The notes: a model not told the origin generated them from the sequence alone. Shown: positions 1 through 9,632, counted from the stretch's first letter. The stretch: DNA of 32,000 bases from Vibrio vulnificus CMCP6 (GCF_000039765.1 NC_004459.3:1740001-1772000), one strand, 5' to 3'. Numbers and translations: made by a program.

Positions 1-23
1 GAGACCAACTAAAAACGATTCGG

Positions 24-1274
24 ATGGTTCCACAACTGACTGCTAGGGGACGGTATATGGGAGAAGCTGTGAAGCTAAATAGGAACAATGATGAAAGTTT
101 TGCTCGCTTAAAGACCAGTCTACATATCTGGGTGTTGTACAGTAGCGACCGATTTCAGCTTCATATGGGGGCGCAACTCAAGTTGTGCAAAAACCTCAGT
201 TTTGATCTGATTTCAATGCACAACTTCAATGTCTCAGGGCTCACGCACGTGACGCCACCCGATCTTATTTTTGTTGAAACTGGGCCCAATTGGGCACAAA
301 AAGTGCTCTCATTGCAAGAATATGAAGCTCCCAGTGACGATTTCGAAGCCTCGTTGATTGTGTTTGGTGACGAAAGTGACAATGGCGCATTGAAAATTGC
401 TTTGCGTCTGGGCGCGGCTGACTTTGTTTCTGATAAAGCCTTAGTGGGGGACTTCTTCCACCTACTCAAAAATGTTTCCGATGAGAAGTTTTCCAGCCGA
501 GAGCTTGGAGAATTGCACTTATTTATTAACACCAAAGGCGGCTGCGGTGCCTCGACACTGGCCTTGAATACCGCCTTAGAAATAGCCGGTTCGCATCCGG
601 AGAAAGTGCTTCTGCTGGATGTGGACATTCCCTTTGGCGTCATCTCTGAATACCTCAACATTTCACCGCAATACAGCTTAACGGACGTCATCGAGCACTC
701 TAAGGATCTTGACCACGATTCGCTCACCGCCATGGTGACCAAGATGGAGAGTGGTTTGCACGTGTTGGGTTTTTTCCACGAAAACACCGCAGAAGATTTT
801 GATAAAGCGAAGGAAATTGGCCGGTTACTGCCTGTTCTTCGCGAAATTTATCCTTACGTCATTATCGATCTGTCCCGTGGGGTGGATCGGATTTTCTCGG
901 CGGTGGTCGCGCCCGCGACCAAGGTTTTCTTGATTACGCAGCAAAACCTGGCCGCGATTAAGAACACCTCGCGCATCCTGCGCATGTTGACCTTTGAGTA
1001 TGGTGTTACCCGAGAGCAGATCGAGTTGATTGTTAATCGATACGAGAAACGAGCATCAATCAAATTAAAAGACATTGAGCACACCATCACAGGCATTCCG
1101 GTTTTCATGATCCCGAATGATTACCGTGTTGCGATTGAAAGTGCCAATTTAGGGCGACCTTTTGTTGAGAACAAGAAAAACAGTGCGATTACCCGTTCCA
1201 TTGTCGAGTTTTCTCATCACATCGCGAAACCTGAGGAAGAGAAAAAAAGTTGGCTCAAGAAAATATTTTCTTAG
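24..1274 (+). CDS. tadZ: Tad/Flp pilus assembly ATPase-like localisation protein TadZ/CpaE (ParA/MinD-like)
   Basis: 416 aa ORF with an atypical N-terminal receiver-like region and a deviant Walker A (NTKGGCGASTLALNTAL), plus LLLDVDIPFG and a ParA-like C-terminal half. It lies directly upstream of tadA. The annotated start is uncertain; a GTG at about 69 behind GGGAG is an alternative. Confidence 0.9.
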   Translation: MVPQLTARGRYMGEAVKLNRNNDESFARLKTSLHIWVLYSSDRFQLHMGAQLKLCKNLSFDLISMHNFNVSGLTHVTPPDLIFVETGPNWAQKVLSLQEYEAPSDDFEASLIVFGDESDNGALKIALRLGAADFVSDKALVGDFFHLLKNVSDEKFSSRELGELHLFINTKGGCGASTLALNTALEIAGSHPEKVLLLDVDIPFGVISEYLNISPQYSLTDVIEHSKDLDHDSLTAMVTKMESGLHVLGFFHENTAEDFDKAKEIGRLLPVLREIYPYVIIDLSRGVDRIFSAVVAPATKVFLITQQNLAAIKNTSRILRMLTFEYGVTREQIELIVNRYEKRASIKLKDIEHTITGIPVFMIPNDYRVAIESANLGRPFVENKKNSAITRSIVEFSHHIAKPEEEKKSWLKKIFS

Positions 1275-1309
1275 AGAGTGCGAAAATTTAGAAACGAAAG
1301 GACAAGGTT

Positions 1310-2797
1310 ATGTTTTTTAAAAGAAAAAATATCAACCCAGAGTTTCAGGAAAAAGCAGCGGCACTAGAAGCGCAACCCAGTTCAACGATCAGTGATGAGG
1401 TTATATCTGACATTGAGTCCAATGTGCAGCCAATAGACTCAAACAGAGTCGAGCCGATGCAACAAGACAAAAAACTGCTGGAGCGTCAGGCGAAAGATAA
1501 AGCGGTTGAAGAGGCACGTAAACAACTCGAACAAGAGTTGGCGATTAAGCACTACTATCATCAGCGTTTGTTGGAAACATTGGATTTGGGCTTGTTGTCG
1601 AGTTTGGAAAAAGAGCGTGCGAAGAAAGATTTGCACGATGCCATCGTCCAGCTCATGGCGGAAGACCAAACCCACCCAATGAGCTCAGAAGGGCGTAAGC
1701 GGGTGATCAAGCAGATTGAAGATGAAGTGTTTGGTCTTGGGCCCCTAGAGCCATTACTGCATGACAAAACCGTGTCGGATATTTTGGTTAATGGTCCGAA
1801 AAACATCTTTGTCGAACGTCGCGGTAAGTTGGAAAAGACCCCCTATACCTTTTTGGATGATCGCCACTTACGCAACATCATCGACCGCATTGTTAGCCAG
1901 GTCGGGCGTCGTATTGATGAAGCCTCGCCCATGGTGGATGCGCGTTTGCTGGATGGTTCGCGAGTCAACGCAATCATTCCACCCTTGGCCCTCGACGGAG
2001 CCTCGGTGTCGATTCGTCGCTTTGCGGTCGACAAGCTCACCATGGACAACATGCTCGGCTACAACTCGTTATCGCCACAAATGGCTAAGTTTGTCGAAGC
2101 GGCGGTAAAAGGGGAGCTGAACATTCTGATTGCGGGTGGTACGGGCTCTGGGAAAACCACCACCCTCAATATCTTCTCCGGTTTTATCCCTTCCGATGAT
2201 CGCATTATCACCATTGAAGACTCGGCAGAGCTGCAACTGCAACAACCGCACGTGGTGAGATTGGAAACGCGCCCACCCAACTTGGAAGGCAAAGGCGAAA
2301 TTACTCAGCGTGATTTGGTGAAAAATGCGCTGCGGATGCGCCCTGATCGCATTGTGCTGGGGGAGGTGCGTGGTGCCGAAGCGGTGGATATGTTGGCGGC
2401 GATGAACACTGGTCACGATGGCTCTCTGGCAACCATCCACGCCAATACCCCGCGCGATGCGTTGAGCCGGGTGGAAAACATGTTTGCCATGGCGGGCTGG
2501 AATATCTCGACCAAAAACTTGCGTGCGCAGATCGCCTCCGCGATTCACTTAGTGGTGCAAATGGAGCGCCAAGAAGACGGCAAGCGTCGCATGGTGAGTA
2601 TTCAAGAGATCAACGGCATGGAGGGGGAAATCATCACCATGTCGGAGATTTTCCACTTTAAACGTCAAGGGCTCGATGCCGATGGCAATATCCTTGGTTT
2701 TTACACCGCAACGGGAGTGGTGCCGGCTTGCCATGATCAATTAACGAAGCGTGGATTAGATTTGCCCTTCGAACTGTTTAACGAAAGCTTTTCATAG
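1310..2797 (+). CDS. tadA: Tad secretion ATPase TadA/CpaF
   Basis: 495 aa; Walker A AGGTGSGKTTTLN, VRLETRPPNLEGKGEITQRDLVKNALRMRPDRIVLGEVRG and TGHDGSLATIHANTPRDALSR, as in CpaF/VirB11-family ATPases. Confidence 0.97.
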   Translation: MFFKRKNINPEFQEKAAALEAQPSSTISDEVISDIESNVQPIDSNRVEPMQQDKKLLERQAKDKAVEEARKQLEQELAIKHYYHQRLLETLDLGLLSSLEKERAKKDLHDAIVQLMAEDQTHPMSSEGRKRVIKQIEDEVFGLGPLEPLLHDKTVSDILVNGPKNIFVERRGKLEKTPYTFLDDRHLRNIIDRIVSQVGRRIDEASPMVDARLLDGSRVNAIIPPLALDGASVSIRRFAVDKLTMDNMLGYNSLSPQMAKFVEAAVKGELNILIAGGTGSGKTTTLNIFSGFIPSDDRIITIEDSAELQLQQPHVVRLETRPPNLEGKGEITQRDLVKNALRMRPDRIVLGEVRGAEAVDMLAAMNTGHDGSLATIHANTPRDALSRVENMFAMAGWNISTKNLRAQIASAIHLVVQMERQEDGKRRMVSIQEINGMEGEIITMSEIFHFKRQGLDADGNILGFYTATGVVPACHDQLTKRGLDLPFELFNESFS

Positions 2798-2809
2798 CGG
2801 GAGGCAAGC

Positions 2810-3775
2810 ATGGATGACATTACCTATTTCTTCGTCCTGCTCTTTTTTGCTGTTGTCTTTATTTCGCAAGCCCTGATCCTGCCAGCGGCAGGCAGTAAGG
2901 CAAAACATAAAGAGCTCTCTCAGCGTTTGAAAGAGACGCAGATGAACTTGGATGAAGAGGCACGTTCTTTACTTCAAGAGCATTACTTAAAAAGCTTATC
3001 TCCTTTAGATCGCAGTTTGGTCAAAGTGGCGGCCTTTGCTTCGCTGAAAAAATCCATCGAACTCTCAGGGCTGGACTGGTCTTTGGCGCAGACATTGATG
3101 GTCTGTTCCATCATCAGTTTGACCACCATTGTCACTATGGTGATTCTGGCTCAACCTTGGTATCTCGCCGTTGCGGGCGGCTCTGCAATTTGGTTTGCCT
3201 TGCAATTCTTCCTGCAAAAACGCATTACCGATCGCCTCAATCGTTTTGAAGAACAATTGCCTGATGCGCTCGATATTATTCGCCGTATGTTGCAAGCCGG
3301 TCAGCCTGTGACTCAAGCGTTCAATGAAGTGGGCAACGAGATGGCACCGCCGATCGGCATTGAGTTCAAAAACACCTTCAATCTGCTTAATTACGGCTAC
3401 GACATGCGTTTGGCCATTATGCAGATGGCGGAACGTACGCCGACGGTGTCGATGCTGGCGTTTTCCAGTGCGGTGTTATTGCAAAAAGAGACGGGTGGGA
3501 ATCTCTCTGAAAACCTAGAAAAAGTGGGGAAAGTGCTGCGTCAACGCTTCAAATTGACGCGAAAAATCAAAACCATTTCCGCGGAAAGTCGTCTTTCTGC
3601 GTGGATTTTGGTGCTCTCTCCCTTTGTACTGTTTGTGGGGTTGATGTTCATTAACCCCGAATACGTGAAGCCCTTGTACCAAGATGAACGGGGGATGGAG
3701 CTGGTCACCATGGGGATCGTGAGCCTGTTCTTTGGCGCAATTTGGATTCGCAATATCATCAACTTCGAGGTGTGA
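2810..3775 (+). CDS. tadB: Tad inner-membrane protein TadB (type II secretion F-like)
   Basis: 321 aa membrane protein; LPDALDIIRRMLQAGQPVTQAFNEVGNEMAPPIGIEF and SAWILVLSPFVLFVGLMFINPEY motifs; position between tadA and tadC. Confidence 0.93.
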   Translation: MDDITYFFVLLFFAVVFISQALILPAAGSKAKHKELSQRLKETQMNLDEEARSLLQEHYLKSLSPLDRSLVKVAAFASLKKSIELSGLDWSLAQTLMVCSIISLTTIVTMVILAQPWYLAVAGGSAIWFALQFFLQKRITDRLNRFEEQLPDALDIIRRMLQAGQPVTQAFNEVGNEMAPPIGIEFKNTFNLLNYGYDMRLAIMQMAERTPTVSMLAFSSAVLLQKETGGNLSENLEKVGKVLRQRFKLTRKIKTISAESRLSAWILVLSPFVLFVGLMFINPEYVKPLYQDERGMELVTMGIVSLFFGAIWIRNIINFEV

Positions 3776-3776
3776 T

Positions 3777-4721
3777 ATGGACGAGTTATTGGCTTCTTTT
3801 GGAGATATACAGTTTAACGAACAGTGGGTGTTGTTGGCACTGATCCTGATCTCCACCAGCTTGTTGGTGGTGACGGTTGCCGTGGTTTTTTCTGGCAACC
3901 GAGCGCCAGTGAAGAAAAAACTAGAACAGATCCACAAAGAAGTGTCAGGTAAGGCGCTGAAGAAAAAAAGCCGCAAAGTGGAAAATACTTTGGAGTCGTT
4001 AGCGCCGATTGTGGTCGGTAAGGACTCAAAAGAGAAAGAGAGCATCCGTAGCCAGTTGATGCACGCCGGTTTTCACAATCGTGATGCGTTGACGGTGTTC
4101 TACGCAATCAAAATCTTTTTTGCGGTGCTGGGTTTTGGCGGCGCGGCGGCGGTGTTCTTTTTATTGCCCGATATGGATAACAGCACGTTGGTGATGGTGG
4201 TTGCCGTTGCGGGGGGCTTATACATCCCCAACATCGGTTTGAATCATTTTGTGAAAAAGCGTCAACGTATGATCCGGGCAGGTGTGCCAGATGCGCTGGA
4301 TTTATTGGTGGTGTGTACGGAATCAGGTTTGGGTTTTAACGCTGCGCTGAGAAAGGTGGCCGATGAGCTGGCCATTTCTCATCCGGAATTTGCCGATGAG
4401 TTAGATACGGTTTGCGCCAAAATCAAAGCTGGGGTTGAGATGTCGACGGCGTTTGAAGAGTTGGTAACGCGAACGGGTCTGTCGGAGATCAACGGCTTGG
4501 TTAATATGCTCTCTCATGCCTCCAAAATTGGTGGCAGTTTGTCGCAAACTTTACGCGATTACACTGAAGATTTCCGCGACAAGCGCAATCAGGAAGTGGA
4601 AGAAATAGCAGCAAAAATCCCGACAAAAATGATTTTTCCACTACTGTTATTTATATGGCCTTGTTTCTTTATTGTCGCCGTTGGGCCTGCGTTGCTATCG
4701 CTATCGGATGCGCTGGGGTAA
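3777..4721 (+). CDS. tadC: Tad inner-membrane protein TadC (type II secretion F-like)
   Basis: Track ORF begins at 3732, but the likely start is ATG 3777 (MDELLASFGDIQ), immediately after the tadB stop. Contains VPDALDLLVVCTESGLGFNAALRKVADELAISHPEFADEL. Confidence 0.92.
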   Translation: MDELLASFGDIQFNEQWVLLALILISTSLLVVTVAVVFSGNRAPVKKKLEQIHKEVSGKALKKKSRKVENTLESLAPIVVGKDSKEKESIRSQLMHAGFHNRDALTVFYAIKIFFAVLGFGGAAAVFFLLPDMDNSTLVMVVAVAGGLYIPNIGLNHFVKKRQRMIRAGVPDALDLLVVCTESGLGFNAALRKVADELAISHPEFADELDTVCAKIKAGVEMSTAFEELVTRTGLSEINGLVNMLSHASKIGGSLSQTLRDYTEDFRDKRNQEVEEIAAKIPTKMIFPLLLFIWPCFFIVAVGPALLSLSDALG

Positions 4722-4731
4722 GGGGGAAGGA

Positions 4732-5772
4732 ATGAAAATGACAAAAACGCTATTGGGTTTGCTGGTGGCCATAACACTTTATGGTTGTGCGAGCCAGGAG
4801 CCGCAAGGTCCACAGTATGAGCTCAGTTTGTACGATGGTCGGCCGATTGATACGTTGACCTCTGACGTGATGCCTGTGTCTGAAAAAGAGGCGATCACAC
4901 GCGGTGACGTGGCTCTGCGCAACAATAATAACGACTTAGCGCTGTATGAATACATTCGAGCGCTTTCATTTCCCGATGCACAATATCAAGACAAAACCTT
5001 GTACAACATCGGCCGTATTCATGAATCGCGCGGCAATATCGCTTTGGCGGAAAAAGCCTACACCATGGCGGTGGAATACAACCCAGACAATGTAAAAGCG
5101 CTGGAGCAATTGGGGGCAATTTACAGCAAACAGGGACGAGTGGATGAAGGAAAAAGCTATTTCTTACGTGCCTTGAATGCGGACCAAGTGCGCTTGAAAA
5201 ACAGCAAAACCTTGGCGGGTGGTTTGATCATGGTGCAAGACATCAACCAATTAAAAGTGGACAAAGCCTCGCCCGCCATGGCTTACATGGGACTTGGCGT
5301 GCTATCCGACGTTGATTCACAACATAAGCTCGCGGAAGCCTATTACCTCAAAGCGCTAGAGATCAAACCTAATTCGATGAAAGGGATGATGAATCTCGGC
5401 TATTCCTATTACATGAGTGGCCAGTATGACAAAGCCGAGCGCTACACCTTAGCGGCGCTGGAAAAAGATCCCAATAACCAAAAAGGGCAAAACAACTTAG
5501 CTTTGATCTATCTTGGCAAGAATGAAGTGAAGAAAGCGATCAACATTTTCATGCGCAGCATGGGGGCTCCAGAAGCGCTGAACAATGTTGGCTACTTCTT
5601 GATTCTGCAAGGCAAACCGGACAAAGCGATTCCCTACTTGCAGCAAGCGATTGATAAAAAACCGTCCTATTACAAGCTGGCGAATGAGAACTTAGAGCGT
5701 GCTTTGGCCATGGTTCGTGAAGAGCAAGAAAAAGCGCAAGGTGAGGTCTCGACAACCATGGTGAAGCCTTAG
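4732..5772 (+). CDS. tadD: Tad locus TPR lipoprotein TadD
   Basis: Start ATG 4732 behind AGGGGGAAGGA gives MKMTKTLLGLLVAITLYGCAS, a lipoprotein signal with an LYGC lipobox. It is followed by tandem TPR-like motifs (ALAEKAYTMAVEYNPDNVKALEQLGAIYSKQG; NLGYSYYMSGQYDKAERYTLAALEKDPNN). Confidence 0.88.
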   Translation: MKMTKTLLGLLVAITLYGCASQEPQGPQYELSLYDGRPIDTLTSDVMPVSEKEAITRGDVALRNNNNDLALYEYIRALSFPDAQYQDKTLYNIGRIHESRGNIALAEKAYTMAVEYNPDNVKALEQLGAIYSKQGRVDEGKSYFLRALNADQVRLKNSKTLAGGLIMVQDINQLKVDKASPAMAYMGLGVLSDVDSQHKLAEAYYLKALEIKPNSMKGMMNLGYSYYMSGQYDKAERYTLAALEKDPNNQKGQNNLALIYLGKNEVKKAINIFMRSMGAPEALNNVGYFLILQGKPDKAIPYLQQAIDKKPSYYKLANENLERALAMVREEQEKAQGEVSTTMVKP

Positions 5773-5821
5773 CAAGATGATGTGAGGTTTCACTTCATGC
5801 CATAGTGGTTGTCGTCAAGCA

Positions 5822-5847
5822 ACAAAGCGAGCTCAGGCTCGCTTTGT
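5822..5847. terminator. Hairpin between convergent tadD and chrA (probable shared terminator)
   Basis: Perfect 11-bp inverted repeat ACAAAGCGAGC-TCAG-GCTCGCTTTGT between convergent genes; weak T tract. Confidence 0.65.
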
Positions 5848-5870
5848 GTTATCTAGAATGCTTGTACCGA

Positions 5871-5918
5871 GAAACAGCAGTATTTAGAAACAGTAGCATT
5901 TAGAAACAGTAGTCTCTA
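5871..5918. repeat. Short tandem repeat, 16-bp unit x3 (last unit diverged)
   Basis: GAAACAGCAGTATTTA / GAAACAGTAGCATTTA / GAAACAGTAGTCTCTA read directly from the sequence. Confidence 0.8.
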
Positions 5919-5952
5919 AAAACGTGGCATTCGAAGGAGCCGCATGCCGCAA

Positions 5953-7104
5953 TCACAGCATGCCCAGCGTGGCTCCTGAGAGCATGAAAAATAGCACTAG
6001 AGCCAAGATAGGCACTTTGATCTGCTTTTGCAGATAGAAGCCAATGAGAATCAAACCTACATCCAGCCCACTGCTCACGGCGCTGCTAAAGACAGGCTGA
6101 TACAACGCGGCGACCAGCAAGCCAACCACCGCAGCATTGACGCCTTGCAACGCTCCTGAAACGCGAGGATTAGCGGCTAACTGCTGCCAGTTTTTCAGCA
6201 CGCCGAGCATCAACAAGAATCCAGGCAAAAACACCGCCAAAGTCGCGACAATCGCGCCAAGAATGGGCGAACTTGGATGCAGTACATAACCAATATAAGT
6301 GGCGAAGGTAAACATCGGCCCCGGAACCGCTTGCGCGGCAGCGTAACCAGTTAGAAACGCATCTTGGCTGATTTGCTCTCCCACGATGTTTTGCAGCAAA
6401 GGCAGCACCACATGCCCGCCGCCAAATACCAAGCTGCCTGCTTGATAGAATTCGTTGAACAGTCGTACCAACGGCTGAGTAGTGGCGAGTAGCGGTAACA
6501 GCAGCAACAGAGCAGCAAAGATCACCAGTGGGGTCAGTGATGGTGTAAAGCTGTGCTCAGTGGCTTTGTTTTCACCTTTGAGTGCAATCACCCCAATCAG
6601 CGCCGCGAGGATCAGCACGGCCATTTGCGTGGCGATGCCTGAAAACACCAACAAGGCGACAGCGGTGGCCACGCAGATGCCAACGGTCAGCGGCGAGCGA
6701 CAAAAGTTTTTATACATCCCCCAAGCCGCATCGGCCACCACCACCACGGCGAGCAGTTTTAAGCCGTGTACGACATTTTGAAACAGTGCGGTGTCGGTCA
6801 CTTGGCTACTCACCAGCGCTAGTAGTAACATGATCACCACTGAAGGCAGGGTAAAGCCTAAGAATGCCGCGCAAGCGCCGGGCAGACCACCTTTTTTGTA
6901 GCCTAAACCAAAGCCGACTTGGCTTGAGCCTGGGCCCGGCAGAAACTGGCTCAGTGCAACCAACTGAGCGTATTCTTCGTCGCTAATCCATTTCAATTTT
7001 TCAACAAAGGTGTGGCGGAAATAGCCAATGTGCGCAGCAGGACCGCCAAAGCTGATCCAGCCGAGCCAGAAAAAAGTCTTAAAAATTTGCAGCATGTTGT
7101 ACAT
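5953..7104 (-). CDS. chrA: Chromate transporter, ChrA family (two-domain)
   Basis: 383 aa; FFWLGWISFGGPAAHIGYFRHTFVEKLKWISDEEYAQLVALSQFLPGPGSSQVGFGLGY and the second-half repeat VFGGGHVVLPLLQ...AQAVPGPMFTFATYIGY. Confidence 0.92.
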   Translation of the reverse strand: MYNMLQIFKTFFWLGWISFGGPAAHIGYFRHTFVEKLKWISDEEYAQLVALSQFLPGPGSSQVGFGLGYKKGGLPGACAAFLGFTLPSVVIMLLLALVSSQVTDTALFQNVVHGLKLLAVVVVADAAWGMYKNFCRSPLTVGICVATAVALLVFSGIATQMAVLILAALIGVIALKGENKATEHSFTPSLTPLVIFAALLLLLPLLATTQPLVRLFNEFYQAGSLVFGGGHVVLPLLQNIVGEQISQDAFLTGYAAAQAVPGPMFTFATYIGYVLHPSSPILGAIVATLAVFLPGFLLMLGVLKNWQQLAANPRVSGALQGVNAAVVGLLVAALYQPVFSSAVSSGLDVGLILIGFYLQKQIKVPILALVLFFMLSGATLGML

Positions 7105-7196
7105 CTCAACAAAAAGGTGAGCTCACTCTACGAAAGAACCTATAATGATTCAAATTGATAGTTTTCATGATTTGTATGAATTGTATGGGATGAAGT

Positions 7197-8102
7197 GTGG
7201 ACGAGATTAATTGGAAGAATATCGACCTCAATTTGCTGGTGGTGTTCTCTTATCTATACCGTTATCGCAGTGTCAGCGTGGCGGCGGAAAAAAGCTTTGT
7301 CAGCCAATCGGCGATGAGCCACAGTCTCAATCGTCTGCGCGGTTTGTTTGATGATGTGCTGTTTGTCCGTAAGGGCCACAAGATGGAGCCCAGTGAGCGA
7401 GCGCATCAGGTTGCGCCGCAAATTCATCAACTGCTCAGCGTGATTTCGGGCGAGTTGTTGGCAAAGCCGCCTTTTTCACCCCAGGCGTTTGACGGTGTGT
7501 GCCGCATTGGGATGACGGACTACGCCGAGTTTATTTTCGCCCCCAAGCTGTATGATGCGATTCGCCAGCAAGCCCCCAAAGCGCAGGTCAGCTTTATCAA
7601 CGTCAATCGTAATAACTACGTCAGTTTGATTGAACAGGAAAAGCTCGATGTGGTGATCGGCTCGATTCCTGTACTGGAAGAGCCATTTGAGGCGCAGCGC
7701 TTATACACCGAAAAGCACGTATGTTTGTGCGACCCCCAGCAAGTGGATGTGACGCGGATGAACATCGAACAGTTTGCCGCTATTGAGCAGGCGTTAGTGA
7801 GCCCAGATGGTCAGCTCTCCACGCAAGTGGATAAGCTGCTCGCCAGCCAAGGTTTAAGCCGCCGAGTGACGGTGGCCTCGCGCAACTTTCTTACCATCCG
7901 CAGCCTGTTATCTCATCGCGCTTTAATTGCTATCGTGCCGGAGAGAATGGCGCTGGCACAAGGCTTTGATGATCGTCTAACCTCGTTTGAACCGCCAATT
8001 GAGGTGGCGGATTTTGATATCTCGTTGGTGTGGCATAGCGCCACTGGCAACAGCGAAAAGGGCATGTGGTTACGTGAGGTGATTTGCCAGCAAATCCATT
8101 AA
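7197..8102 (+). CDS. LysR family transcriptional regulator
   Basis: 301 aa; N-terminal HTH LNLLVVFSYLYRYRSVSVAAEKSFVSQSAMSHSLNRLRGLFDDVLFVRKGHKMEPS; divergent from chrA. GTG start in the track. Confidence 0.93.
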   Translation: MDEINWKNIDLNLLVVFSYLYRYRSVSVAAEKSFVSQSAMSHSLNRLRGLFDDVLFVRKGHKMEPSERAHQVAPQIHQLLSVISGELLAKPPFSPQAFDGVCRIGMTDYAEFIFAPKLYDAIRQQAPKAQVSFINVNRNNYVSLIEQEKLDVVIGSIPVLEEPFEAQRLYTEKHVCLCDPQQVDVTRMNIEQFAAIEQALVSPDGQLSTQVDKLLASQGLSRRVTVASRNFLTIRSLLSHRALIAIVPERMALAQGFDDRLTSFEPPIEVADFDISLVWHSATGNSEKGMWLREVICQQIH

Positions 8103-9493
8103 GGCTGCCAAGATTTCGCTAAGCAGTTATACCCCAACCAGAATTGCGTTTTGATGATCACCTCGCTGCGGTAAACCGGATAATTGTCCAATCGCTCCAA
8201 GGCGCGATAACCGACCGACACACTGCAACCGATAGCGATAATCAGTATCACGCCGTGCGCCCACCATCGGCGTGGTTTGTTGGCTGGCAATGGTAATGAA
8301 GCAGACGCAAGCGAGCAACGTGACCAAAACAGTGCGCAAGCGACAACCGCCATCAGTTGACTTAAAGGTGAATCGAGCACCCCAGACACCAAGCTGTACG
8401 CGATGCCGCTGAGCAGGCTGACGCCAAGCAACTTAGTACGTAACGAACGCTGCCTGATGGTGAGGTGCAACAGTGAGGCGATCAACGCTAGGTAGCACAG
8501 AGCGGACACCACGCCCCAATGCACCAACACGTTGAGAAGAGAGTTGTGTGGCCGACCGTGGTTGACCTCTTCACAGACAAACGCATCCCCGCCCAATCCG
8601 GTAAAGGTGAAGATTTGCCAAGAGTGTCGCCACAGCGCTAAGCGTCCAGGGCTGTCTGTTCGAATGTTGAGCCACTCAATCGGCCCACCAAAAATCATGC
8701 TGGGAAGTGGGGAAAGCAGCGCGAGTTTCACCAATGCGCCAACCACAGCGCTTTGCCACAACAGTTTCCACCAAATAGAGCGCAGATCTCTGGCGCAAAG
8801 CATCAGCAGCGTGAATCCACCCAGTATGGCCACCAGTGGTCCTCGCGCATCGGTTGAAAAACAAATGGCGAAATCGATCGCGAGGATCGCTCTTGGCACC
8901 ACGCCACGTTTGCCGCGTTTCATCGCTATCGCGGCAAGATAAACGACAGGGAAGATGAGCCAAATATGGATCTGGTTGAGAAAACGCGGGTTAGCAAAGC
9001 CAAACAGAGTGAAGTTGTTGACGTTCAACTGGTGCACAATGCGGATCCAAAACGCCAGCGCAATGCTCAAAAACAGAAACGCACTGAGCCAAAGAGTGTA
9101 TTCAAACCATCGGGCTTGCTGCTTTTTCACCACATCACGCAGTACAAACAGCATCAAAACCAATCCTGCCAAATAAAACCATTGCAAAACAGCGGCCAGT
9201 GGATAGCGAGCAAGCCATGTGGCCAGTAAGCTCGAAGCAATAAAAAGACTCAGTAAACCTCGGTGGAGGAGCGTGAGTGAGCACCAATGATCGATGATGC
9301 GCTGTCGCTGTTGAGTGGAGAACAGCACGATAAGCGTGGTGATCTGCAACAGAAACAGCACAAACAGGCGTTTGCTGTCGTAAAGCGGAAGCAGATCGTT
9401 GCGATCGAGAAACGGATTAAAACTAAACACCACCAATCCTAACAGGAGCAGTGTCAATAAGGCGCGCGTGTAAAATGGCGAAGGTGGCGTCAC
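8099..9493 (-). CDS. O-antigen ligase/polymerase-like (Wzy/WaaL-type) integral membrane protein
   Basis: 464 aa polytopic protein; RPGRLALWRHSWQIFTFTGLGGDAF and RPHNSLLNVLVHWGVVSALCYLALIASLL resemble the Wzy_C/WaaL H-N-x-L region. Confidence 0.72.
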   Translation of the reverse strand: MTPPSPFYTRALLTLLLLGLVVFSFNPFLDRNDLLPLYDSKRLFVLFLLQITTLIVLFSTQQRQRIIDHWCSLTLLHRGLLSLFIASSLLATWLARYPLAAVLQWFYLAGLVLMLFVLRDVVKKQQARWFEYTLWLSAFLFLSIALAFWIRIVHQLNVNNFTLFGFANPRFLNQIHIWLIFPVVYLAAIAMKRGKRGVVPRAILAIDFAICFSTDARGPLVAILGGFTLLMLCARDLRSIWWKLLWQSAVVGALVKLALLSPLPSMIFGGPIEWLNIRTDSPGRLALWRHSWQIFTFTGLGGDAFVCEEVNHGRPHNSLLNVLVHWGVVSALCYLALIASLLHLTIRQRSLRTKLLGVSLLSGIAYSLVSGVLDSPLSQLMAVVACALFWSRCSLASASLPLPANKPRRWWAHGVILIIAIGCSVSVGYRALERLDNYPVYRSEVIIKTQFWLGYNCLAKSWQP

Positions 9494-9571
9494 TCCATAG
9501 AGCCCTTTAAAACGATCAGCGATATTTAGAGTCTAGTCTTAGTGACTGGTTTTGCTTGGTTTTTTATAAAA

Positions 9572-9601
9572 AATGCCCTTGGCTTGGCAGCCAAGGGCAT
9601 T
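9572..9601 (-). terminator. Rho-independent terminator downstream of ygjK-like gene
   Basis: 13-bp stem AATGCCCTTGGCT-TGGC-AGCCAAGGGCATT; on the - strand it is followed by TTTTTATAAAAAACC. Confidence 0.85.
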
Positions 9602-9632
9602 GTCGCTGGTTGGTTTTAGCTGGCAGTAATAC

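Noticed and set aside
161-787. 208 aa - strand ORF opposite tadZ
   Set aside because: Fully antisense to a well-supported tadZ coding sequence; low-complexity, Ser/Pro-rich translation with no recognisable domain. Considered a shadow ORF.
2069-2548. 159 aa - strand ORF opposite tadA
   Set aside because: Antisense shadow of the highly conserved TadA ATPase core; no motif support.
3515-4045. 176 aa - strand ORF across tadB/tadC
   Set aside because: Overlaps the tadB-tadC junction in antisense; no plausible domain or start context.
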